A stretch of 64,000 bases of DNA from Minisyncoccota bacterium. GTDB lineage: Bacteria > Patescibacteriota > Minisyncoccia > Moranbacterales > UBA2206. Below are positions 17,846 through 26,000 of this stretch, one piece after another. Every line of letters starts with the position of its first letter. Positions within the stretch are counted from its first letter, which is position 1. Location: contig JARLIA010000005.1 of assembly GCA_031291955.1 (NCBI GenBank), positions 74,034 to 138,033 on the forward strand. Direction: 5' to 3'. A program made the translations under genes and the position numbers. The notes below the pieces were generated by a model. That model was not told where the DNA came from. It made no database searches and worked only from the letters and a program-made list of their open reading frames with translations.

Positions 17846-20068
17846 ATGGAAAACAAATTCAAAATATCCTCCAAATTCAAGCCCGAAGGCGATCAGCCGC
17901 AGGCGATTGAAAAATTGACCGCGGGGCTTGAGGCTGGAAAAAAGTTCCAGACGCTTTTGGGCGTGACGGGGTCGGGGAAGACTTTTACCATTGCCAACGT
18001 CATTGAAAATATCCAAAAACCGACTTTGGTCATTGCGCCCAACAAGACTTTGGCGGCGCAACTGGCGCAGGAATTTCGGACTTTCTTTCCCAAAAGCGCG
18101 GTGGAATATTTCGTTTCCTATTATGATTATTATCAGCCGGAAGCCTACATCGCTTCCTCCGACACATACATCGAAAAGGAATCCCAGATCAACGACGAGA
18201 TCGACCGGCTTCGCCACGCGGCCACCGCGGCGCTCATGAGTCGCCGCGATGTCATCATTTGCGCTTCGGTGTCGTGTATCTACGGTTTGGGCAGCCCGGA
18301 ATATTATCGGAATATTACGCTGGAATTGGCGGTGGAGGACGGTTATTCGCAGGTTCGGGCGTCCACGCCCGAACCGCATAGTCCTGGTAAAACAAAATTA
18401 TCAGTCAAATCTGAATCGAAAATTTCCGCAGATAATAAAAAATTACCAGAAATGGCAGGTTCAATCGGGACGATTGAACCTGCAAAAAAAAATAATAGGG
18501 ACGAGATTGTAAAAAAATTGATCGACATGCAATATAATCGGAGCGATGTTTTGGCGCGGGGGAAATTCCGGCTGACCGGGAATACTCTGGAAATTATGCC
18601 GCCCGGACGGGAAATTGTAACGAGGATTGAAATGGAAGGGGGCAGTATTAAAAAAATATTCGAGTACGATTTTCTTACCGGCGAGGAACTGGGAAAGCTG
18701 GAAAAAGCGGTCATCTATCCAGCCAAACATTTCGTGGTGCCCGAACCGGTGATGGAAGGCGCTTTGGAAAAAATTCAAAAAGAAATGGAAGAGCAAGTGG
18801 AATTTTTCAAGCGTCAGGGAAAGATTCTGGAAGCGGAAAGGATTTCCCGTCGGACGCGCCAGGACATTGAAATGATGAGGGAAATCGGCTACTGCAATGG
18901 AATTGAAAACTATTCCCGCTTTCTCACTGAACGCCAGCCCGGTGAACCCCCCTACACTTTGATCGATTATTTTCCCGACGATTTTCTCATGGTGATTGAC
19001 GAATCGCATGTGACCGTGCCGCAACTCAACGGAATGTATAACGGCGACCACGCCCGGAAAGTCTCACTGATCGACAACGGCTTCCGCCTGCCTTCGGCTT
19101 TTGATAACCGCCCGCTTAAATTTCCGGAGTTCGAGAAAAAAATAAACCAGCTGATTTTCACGTCGGCGACACCGGCAAAATATGAAATGGAAAAATCAAA
19201 AATAGACCCCCTCTCCCGTAATCGGGAGAGGGTTGGGGAGAGGGCAACGCGGAACTCGGCGCCCTCTCTGTCGCGAGTACGCGACATCTCTCCCGAGTAC
19301 GGGGGAGAGGGAAATATTGTGGAACAAATTATTAGGCCGACCGGACTGATTGATCCAGAGCTGGAAATCAAGCCGACCAGAGGACAGGTGAAAGATGTGA
19401 CGGAGGAGATCAAAAAAATAATCGCCCGGAAGGAGCGGGTGCTTATCACCACGCTGACTAAAAAAATGGCCGAAGACTTGTCGGATTTCTTGAAAGAGAG
19501 CGAAGTGAAAGCTGAATATCTCCATTCCGGCGTGGACACTTTGGACCGGGTGCGGATTTTGGAACAATTGCGCCGGGGAAAATTTGATGTTCTGGTCGGA
19601 GTAAATTTGCTGCGGGAAGGGCTCGATCTTCCCGAAGTTTCTTTGGTGGCGATTCTCGACGCGGACAAAGAAGGATTTTTGCGGAGCGAAACGTCGCTCA
19701 TCCAAACCATCGGCCGCGCCGCGCGGAATGTCAAAGGAAAAGTTATTCTCTACGCCGACACCATTACCGGTTCGATGAAACGAGCTATCGACGAGACAAA
19801 CCGTCGCCGGGCAATCCAGACGGAATATAACAAAAAACATCGTATCACTCCAAAAACCATCAAGAAGAAAATCCAGTCGATCGTCGACCATGAAATCAAA
19901 CCTCAGGTGACGCGCGACTTTTCCCAATTGGAATCATTGGAGGATATGGCCGGCTACATTAAACAACGCGAGCGCGAAATGAAAGACGCGGCCCGGAATT
20001 TGGAATTTGAAAAAGCGGCGATCATCCGGGACGAGATAAGTGAGTTGAGGAAGCTGCAGATAAAATAG
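17846..20068 (+). CDS. uvrB: excinuclease ABC subunit B (740 aa, with two in-frame insertions)
   Basis: Walker A GVTGSGKT, helicase motifs, EQIIRPTGL, and C-terminal UVR domain EFEKAAIIRDEISELRKL. Confidence 0.95.
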   Translation: MENKFKISSKFKPEGDQPQAIEKLTAGLEAGKKFQTLLGVTGSGKTFTIANVIENIQKPTLVIAPNKTLAAQLAQEFRTFFPKSAVEYFVSYYDYYQPEAYIASSDTYIEKESQINDEIDRLRHAATAALMSRRDVIICASVSCIYGLGSPEYYRNITLELAVEDGYSQVRASTPEPHSPGKTKLSVKSESKISADNKKLPEMAGSIGTIEPAKKNNRDEIVKKLIDMQYNRSDVLARGKFRLTGNTLEIMPPGREIVTRIEMEGGSIKKIFEYDFLTGEELGKLEKAVIYPAKHFVVPEPVMEGALEKIQKEMEEQVEFFKRQGKILEAERISRRTRQDIEMMREIGYCNGIENYSRFLTERQPGEPPYTLIDYFPDDFLMVIDESHVTVPQLNGMYNGDHARKVSLIDNGFRLPSAFDNRPLKFPEFEKKINQLIFTSATPAKYEMEKSKIDPLSRNRERVGERATRNSAPSLSRVRDISPEYGGEGNIVEQIIRPTGLIDPELEIKPTRGQVKDVTEEIKKIIARKERVLITTLTKKMAEDLSDFLKESEVKAEYLHSGVDTLDRVRILEQLRRGKFDVLVGVNLLREGLDLPEVSLVAILDADKEGFLRSETSLIQTIGRAARNVKGKVILYADTITGSMKRAIDETNRRRAIQTEYNKKHRITPKTIKKKIQSIVDHEIKPQVTRDFSQLESLEDMAGYIKQREREMKDAARNLEFEKAAIIRDEISELRKLQIK
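18352..18483 (+). repeat. in-frame palindromic module 1 inside uvrB
   Basis: GGTTCGGGCG-TCCA-CGCCCGAACC (18352-18375) and GCAGGTTCAATCG-GGA-CGATTGAACCTGC (18455-18483) flank an A-rich word region. Confidence 0.85.
19209..19309 (+). repeat. in-frame palindromic module 2 inside uvrB (four consecutive hairpins)
   Basis: CCCTCTCCCG-TAAT-CGGGAGAGGG; GAGAGGGC-N15-GCCCTCTC; GTCGCG-AGTA-CGCGAC; CTCTCCCG-AGTA-CGGGGGAGAG. Confidence 0.85.
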
Positions 20069-20075
20069 TGAAAAA

Positions 20076-20087
20076 AGTTATCCACAG
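20076..20087 (+). promoter_or_regulatory. 12-mer AGTTATCCACAG containing a perfect DnaA-box consensus TTATCCACA
   Basis: Direct reading. 8 nt after the uvrB stop and 8 nt upstream of a -35 element. Confidence 0.6.
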
Positions 20088-20095
20088 GAGGGCGC

Positions 20096-20123
20096 TTGCT
20101 CATTCTTGTCGGAGTTCTATAAT
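20096..20123 (+). promoter_or_regulatory. promoter (TTGCTC, 16-nt spacer, TATAAT)
   Basis: Direct reading. Preceded by GGCGCTTGC. Confidence 0.55.
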
Positions 20124-20219
20124 TGAAACAGGCAAGGTTTGGAAACAAAGATACAATTAATGTTTCCGCGTATGAAATGCTATTTGGCTGGAAAATTAAA
20201 TGGCATTGCAATCATAATG

Positions 20220-20243
20220 AACACGTTTTAGGCGTGTTTTTTT
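20220..20243 (+). terminator. small rho-independent terminator
   Basis: AACACG-TTTTAGG-CGTGTT followed by TTTTT. Confidence 0.5.
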
Positions 20244-20259
20244 GTTCCCCGAAAACCCC

Positions 20260-20288
20260 TTGCAATTTTTCTCGAAACGTGCTATAGT
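20260..20288 (+). promoter_or_regulatory. promoter (TTGCAA, 17-nt spacer, TATAGT)
   Basis: Direct reading. Confidence 0.6.
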
Positions 20289-20294
20289 CGGCCG

Positions 20295-20615
20295 TTAGGA
20301 TAGGAAGATGGTTCTTTCAAAACTTGGTGCGTTTCAATTCTTAAATTAAACTTAGCTGTCTCACTAAAGACAATATGTATGGATGTTATTTTTAGCGAGG
20401 CAGTTAAGTTCTCAATATAAATTTTGCTCGCAGGAGCCACTTGAGCGAAGCACTCGTGGCATTTATCCGAAAGGATTTATACCATGCGCTCGGGAAAGGC
20501 CACTTCTGGGAAGCACTCGCGGCGGAAATCTCACCGTGCCCTAAAGGAGAGAAAAATTTATCTCTGCCAAGCCTCCGGGAAAGAAAGACATGTCTTTCTT
20601 TCCCATCCTCATTTT
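20295..20615 (+). ncRNA. candidate structured RNA or long leader (about 320 nt), class unknown
   Basis: Delimited by the 20260 promoter and the perfect 14-bp palindrome GGGAAAGAAAGACA/TGTCTTTCTTTCCC (20577-20604) plus a T tract. Contains two related 25-nt hairpin units (20436-20460, 20499-20523). No convincing ORF. Confidence 0.35.
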
Positions 20616-20677
20616 TGTTTGATTATACGGAAAAAGCAGTTATGCAGTTATAAAGTTTATTAGGAAAGGAGTTTGCC

Positions 20678-20890
20678 ATGTACGCTGCAAATGCGATGAG
20701 TGAGAGTCTGGTTTTGGCGGCAGTAACACTGGCGCCTCAGCCTGAGATGGCAGCAGTTCAGGGGATGTTCTTGTGTCGCCGCTGCGATGATTGTGGCGTT
20801 AGAGCTGATTTAAAATCAGCGGAGGGCAGCAGAGTAGTTCTTCAATGCCCCCGGTGTCAGAGGGAGTACACCTTTTTCAGTAGGGAGTAA
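20678..20890 (+). CDS. small zinc-ribbon protein (70 aa)
   Basis: Strong RBS GGAAAGGAG 7 nt upstream of the ATG. CRRCDDCG...CPRCQ, two CxxC pairs. Confidence 0.5.
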   Translation: MYAANAMSESLVLAAVTLAPQPEMAAVQGMFLCRRCDDCGVRADLKSAEGSRVVLQCPRCQREYTFFSRE

Positions 20891-20970
20891 TAAAAATGAA
20901 AACATTGAGGATTGAGACCGTGCCGGTAATCGGGACTTGTCAAAAGCATTGCTGACGAGTCCCTTTAAAT

Positions 20971-20999
20971 TTGTCTAAAAATAAATACTAATGTAGAAT
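20971..20999 (+). promoter_or_regulatory. promoter (TTGTCT, 17-nt spacer, TAGAAT)
   Basis: Direct reading, upstream of the 21028 gene. Confidence 0.55.
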
Positions 21000-21027
21000 A
21001 TGGCAGTAACTAATAAGAATAAAATAA

Positions 21028-22065
21028 ATGACGAACATGACGAAAAAAATAATCCTCATCGTGGTGATTGTGATTGTCGCGCTGGGGCTGGCGGGGTATA
21101 AATTTGCCAAGCCGGATTTTTCCAAGATTTTTGCCAAAAGCCAGACGACTAAGGTTCTGACGCCAGACCAGGCTAAAGTCAAAGCCCTGGATTATATCGA
21201 CAATAATCTGGTGCAAAAGGGCACAAAAGTAAGCGTGAAAAACATTGCTGAAGCGAACGGTCTTTATAAATTGGACCTGGATGTCAGCGGCCAGACCATT
21301 ACAGCCTATATGACCGAGGACGGTTCGCAGTTTTTTCCGAACGCTATGGACATGAATGCCGCGCCGGCCAAGCCAGCGGCGGCCGATCAGCAGCAAGCCG
21401 CCCAACAGCCGATTCCCAAAACAGACACGCCAAGCGTTCAACTTTTTGTGATGAGCTATTGTCCTTATGGCACGCAGATAGAAAAAGGGATTTTGCCGGC
21501 TCTTTCCGCTTTGGGAAGCAGTGTGAAATTTAATCTTGAATTTGTCGATTATTCCATGCACAACGATGCTTCGACCGGCGATCAGAAAGAACTCAACGAA
21601 AATTTGCGTCAGTATTGCATCCAGAAGCTCCAGCCGGATAAATTGGGAACTTACTTGAATTGCTTTTTGCAAAAAGGCCAGGGCACGGAAAGCGCTTGTA
21701 TGACCCAAGCCGGTGTGGACGCGGCGCCGGTCGCGACTTGTATGACAGCGACCGACAACCAATACAGCGTCAGTAAGAACTTTAAAGATCAAAGCACCTA
21801 CAATGGTCAGTTCCCGACGTTCAAAGTCGACGAAGCGGATAATCAGAAATATAACGTTCAAGGCTCGCCGACTTTGGTGATCAATGGAGTGGTTGATCAG
21901 GCTGGAAACCGTGATTCGGCTTCGCTGCTTAAGGATATTTGTTCAGCTTTCAATACAGCACCGGCCGCTTGCAGTACCGCTAAACTTTCTTCCACCGCGC
22001 CGTCGCCGGGATTCGGCACCGGTACGGACACGAGCGGTTCAAGCGCTAGTTGCGCGACGAAATAG
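21028..22065 (+). CDS. membrane-anchored secreted thioredoxin-fold-like protein
   Basis: N-terminal TM anchor. VQLFVMSYCPYGTQ resembles a thioredoxin/glutaredoxin active-site region but has only one Cys in the motif. Low-complexity S/T/G tail. Confidence 0.5.
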   Translation: MTNMTKKIILIVVIVIVALGLAGYKFAKPDFSKIFAKSQTTKVLTPDQAKVKALDYIDNNLVQKGTKVSVKNIAEANGLYKLDLDVSGQTITAYMTEDGSQFFPNAMDMNAAPAKPAAADQQQAAQQPIPKTDTPSVQLFVMSYCPYGTQIEKGILPALSALGSSVKFNLEFVDYSMHNDASTGDQKELNENLRQYCIQKLQPDKLGTYLNCFLQKGQGTESACMTQAGVDAAPVATCMTATDNQYSVSKNFKDQSTYNGQFPTFKVDEADNQKYNVQGSPTLVINGVVDQAGNRDSASLLKDICSAFNTAPAACSTAKLSSTAPSPGFGTGTDTSGSSASCATK

Positions 22066-22094
22066 AGTCGCGAAAGCAGAGCGAATGGTTAGCG

Positions 22095-22128
22095 AATAAG
22101 AGCGAATCCTTAAAGATTCGCTCTTATT
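22095..22128 (+). terminator. rho-independent terminator embedded in a GCGAAT/ATTCGC word palindrome (22081-22150)
   Basis: AATAAGAGCGAATC-CTTAAA-GATTCGCTCTTATT 14-bp perfect stem. Confidence 0.7.
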
Positions 22129-22162
22129 ATTATTCGCTTTAATTCGCTCATCATTTGCGATT

Positions 22163-22174
22163 AGTTATCCACAG
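22163..22174 (+). promoter_or_regulatory. 12-mer AGTTATCCACAG (perfect DnaA-box consensus inside)
   Basis: Direct reading. 7 nt upstream of the lexA -35 element, same arrangement as at 20076. Confidence 0.6.
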
Positions 22175-22181
22175 CCGGCGC

Positions 22182-22210
22182 TTGCGATGATATTTAATCA
22201 GTGCTAGAAT
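22182..22210 (+). promoter_or_regulatory. lexA promoter (TTGCGA, 17-nt spacer, TAGAAT) with overlapping inverted repeat CAGTG-N9-CACTG (22199-22217)
   Basis: Direct reading. Confidence 0.55.
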
Positions 22211-22241
22211 AACACTGTAATAAACTTAGATAATAAAAAAT

Positions 22242-22919
22242 ATGCAAAACACACAATCGCTTACCGGAAAGCAAAAGAACCTGCTCGAAACGATCCGGGA
22301 ATATGTTGACCAGCGAAATGAAAATCCGACCAGTTATCGCCTGCATAAATACTTGGAAGCGCAGGGCGTGAGAGACAGTTTGAAGTCTGTCATGCAAGTC
22401 ATTGAAGCTTTGGAGAAAAAAGATCTGGTGAAACGTGACGGCGACAAGCGGCTCTATCTCATTGAGAACGGCAATTATGCCAATCTGAAAAACATTTTTT
22501 CCGTGCCGGTCTATGGCTTGGCCTCTTGCGGCGAAGCCTTGGCCTACGCCGAGGACAACGTGGATGGGTTTTTGCAAATCTCCAAAGCCTTGTTTCGCGG
22601 GGCCGACTCGGCCAAACTTTTCGCCGTCAAAACTTTGGGTGATTCGATGGACAAAGATGGCATAAACGATGGCGATTACGTTATCTTTGAAAAATACGAA
22701 TACGACAAAGGAGAGGAGCTGGAAGGGAAAATCGTGGTGGCGGTCATCAATGGAATGGCGACGATCAAGAGATATAAAAAAGTGAGCGACGAAATCATCG
22801 GTCTTTTCCCGCGCTCGAAAAACACCGTCCACCAGCCGATCTTCATCCATTCTTCCGACTCGATCCTGGTCGCCGGGATTTTCCGGAAAGTGCTGCCGGT
22901 GAAATACGTAAGTTTGTAG
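22242..22919 (+). CDS. lexA: LexA-like repressor (wHTH plus S24 peptidase domain)
   Basis: GDSMDKDGINDGDYVIF (Ser nucleophile) and ATIKRY (Lys). Putative cleavage region VYGLASCGEALAY. Confidence 0.88.
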   Translation: MQNTQSLTGKQKNLLETIREYVDQRNENPTSYRLHKYLEAQGVRDSLKSVMQVIEALEKKDLVKRDGDKRLYLIENGNYANLKNIFSVPVYGLASCGEALAYAEDNVDGFLQISKALFRGADSAKLFAVKTLGDSMDKDGINDGDYVIFEKYEYDKGEELEGKIVVAVINGMATIKRYKKVSDEIIGLFPRSKNTVHQPIFIHSSDSILVAGIFRKVLPVKYVSL

Positions 22920-23014
22920 GCTTGCTTAAAATATTTTTCCGTACTACCCTGTATTAGATAAAAGTAAATACTAAGTACCCGATCTGGGGAAATTTTTGGC
23001 GTTGGGAAATTTTT

Positions 23015-26000
23015 ATGGACAAAATCATCATAAAAGGCGCGCGGGAGCATAATTTGAAGAACGTCGACTTGGAGCTGCCGCGGAATAAATTTATCGTTTT
23101 TACGGGAATTTCTGGGTCAGGGAAGTCGACCATGGCTTTTGATACTATTTTTGCCGAGGGGCAACGGCGCTATCTCGAAAGTCTTTCCAGTTACGCTCGG
23201 CAGTTTTTGGGGCAAATGAATAAGCCTGACGTGGACTATATTGAAGGTCTGTCGCCGGCCATTTCCATCGACCAGAAAGCGGCGTCCCACAATCCGCGTT
23301 CGACGGTTGGAACGGTGACGGAAATCCACGATTATTTGCGATTGCTATATGCCAAGATCGGCCGGCCACATTGTCCGATCTGCTCCCGGGAAATTACGAA
23401 GTTGTCGACAGATGAGATTGTTGATCGGATTTTGGAGATGTGCGCCGCGAAACCTCATCCGCCCCGGAGTACTGGGGCACCTTCTCCTTATAAAGGAGAA
23501 GGAGATAATGGAAGGGGCTGTTCTATCGAAATTCTATCGCCGGTGGTTCGCCAGCGGAAAGGGGAATATTCGACGATGCTGGCTGAGATGTTCCGGCGGG
23601 GGTTTTCCCGCGCTTACGTCAATGGGGAAAAATACGAACTGTCGGCCAAGATCGGAGACGAGTTGGAATTGGCCCGCTACAAAAAACATAATATTGATAT
23701 CGTGGTAGATGAGGTGGAGATATCTAGCGACAACATTTCGCGAATATTTGAAGGAGTGGAAAAGGCGCTGAAGTTGTCGGACGGACTGGTCAAGATAAGA
23801 TCCGAAATCCGAAATACGAAATCCGAAACAATGTCAAAATCAAAAATTAAAAATTCAAAACAAAACAATACGGAAATTGTTTTCAACCAAAAACTTTCTT
23901 GTCCGATCCATGAGATTGAGTTTCCGGAGTTGGAGCCGCGTTTGTTTTCTTTCAACAGTCCGTTTGGCGCTTGTCCGGCTTGCGAAGGATTGGGAACGAA
24001 AAAAGAAATCGACCCGGCGCTGGTGGCGCCGGATAAAAACAAAACGATTGCTGAGGGTGGCATCTTCCCTTGGAGCTACAAACGGAATAACTGGCAAGGG
24101 TCGGTTCTCCGGGCGGTTTGCAATCATTTCCACATCAAAGACAATGTGCGCCTCCGTGACCTTTCGGAAGATGACCTCAACATCTTAATGTTCGGCGGAC
24201 CGGATGCGACCGATATGATAGATAAGGAAGAAGCGGAAGAAATACCCGTCACTTTGAAATCAAAAACCGGTTCAAGCTGGAAATATTACATGACCTGGCG
24301 CGGAGCGGTCGGATATCTTCAAGATCGATATTTCAAGACCGATTCGGATGCGGTGCGGGCGGATATTGAAAAATATATGTCGCAAAATCCGTGTTCGGTC
24401 TGTCACGGCGCGCGTTACAAAAAAGAAGTCTTGCTGGTGACGGTCGGCGAATCCCGCCCGCAACGCTTCGCTAACGCAAGTGTTAGCTTGCGTAGCGATG
24501 CGGGCGGGAAAAATATTGTCGAAGTCTCAAATGTGTCTGTGGCTGAGACGCTTAAATTTTTCGAAAGACTGGAATTGAATAAAAATGAGCAGATCATCGC
24601 CGGGAGAATTTTGAAGGAAATTATTAATCGCCTAGGCTTTTTGGAAAACGTGGGACTGGGATATTTGACTTTGGCCAGATCCGCGGCGACACTAGCCGGC
24701 GGGGAAGCGCAACGGATCCGCTTGGCATCGCAAATCGGTTCGGGTCTCACCGGCGTTTTGTATATTTTGGACGAACCGTCGGTCGGTCTTCACTCGCGCG
24801 ACAACACTAAATTGCTCGAGACGCTTTTTCATCTGCGCGATCTGGGAAACACGCTAATCGTGGTTGAGCACGATGAAGAGACGATGCGGGAGGCCGACTA
24901 TTTGGTTGACATCGGACCGGGAGCGGGAAAATTGGGAGGTAAAATTGTGGCGCATGGCACGCCGGTAGAAGTTATTCGCGATAAAAAATCTTTAACCGCG
25001 GCATATTTGCGGGGTGACGCGAAAATAGAAATGCCGAAATTCCGCCGGCCAGTCAAGAATAAAAAAACGATTGTTGTCCGCGGCGCGCGCGAACACAATT
25101 TGAAAAACATTACCGTCGAGTTTCCTTTAAAAGTTTTGACGTGTGTGACGGGCGTGTCCGGCTCGGGGAAATCCACATTGGTAGAGGACATCCTTTATAA
25201 AGCCTTGGCGTCAAAAATCATGCGGACGCTCGACCGGCCGGGGAAACATTCGGAGATTGTCGGCACGCAATATGTTAACAAAGTGATCATGATCGACCAG
25301 TCGCCGATCGGTCGGACGCCGCGCTCCAATCCGGCGACTTATACCGGGCTCTTTACGCCGATCCGGGAATTATTTTCCCAGACCCGGGACGCCAAATCCA
25401 AGGGTTATGGTCCGGGGCGCTTTTCGTTCAACATCCGGGGCGGACGCTGTGACAACTGCCAAGGCGACGGCCAGCTTAAAATTGAGATGCAGTTCATGCC
25501 GGATGTCTATTTGCCTTGCGATGTCTGTCACGGAAAAAGATACAACAGTGAGACCTTGAAAGTGAAATACAAGGACAAAAACATTTCCGAAGTTTTGGAC
25601 ATGACGGTCAGCGAAGGGCGCGAGTTTTTTGAGAATTTTCCGGCTATTCACGACAAGCTGGCGGTTTTGGAAGACGTCGGCTTGGGCTATATCCAACTCG
25701 GGCAGTCCGCCACCACACTTTCCGGCGGGGAAGCGCAAAGGATAAAACTGGCCACGGAACTGGCAAGGAGGGCGACCGGCGACACTTTGTATATTCTGGA
25801 CGAACCGACGACTGGCCTCCATTTTGACGACATTAAAAAACTTTTGAATGTTTTGAACCGCTTGGTCGATGCCGGCAACACAGTGGTGGTGATCGAACAC
25901 AATTTGGACGTCGTCAAAACCGCCGATTGGATCATTGACTTGGGTCCGGAAGGCGGAGAAGGCGGCGGAAAAATTATCGTTACCGGTCCGCCGGAAGAAG

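Noticed and set aside
20436-20523. Two similar 25-nt units 63 nt apart, considered as a mini CRISPR array.
   Set aside because: There are only two copies, they are 21/25 identical rather than exact, each is itself a hairpin inside a promoter/terminator-delimited RNA candidate, and no cas genes are in the window.
20490-20580. Word-level resemblance to riboswitch cores: GGGAAGC...GGAAATC...GCC as in cobalamin elements, and CCAAGCCTCCGG as in c-di-GMP-I.
   Set aside because: The matches are short and out of register with the known consensus helices. The B12 box and the GNRA/receptor pairs could not be placed. The call is left as an unclassified RNA candidate pending a covariance-model search.
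20441-20653. 70-aa TTG-initiated ORF inside the structured RNA candidate.
   Set aside because: It has a non-ATG start without an RBS and runs through hairpins and the terminator palindrome. Its only protein-like feature (EALVA/EALAA) is just the translated 25-nt repeat.
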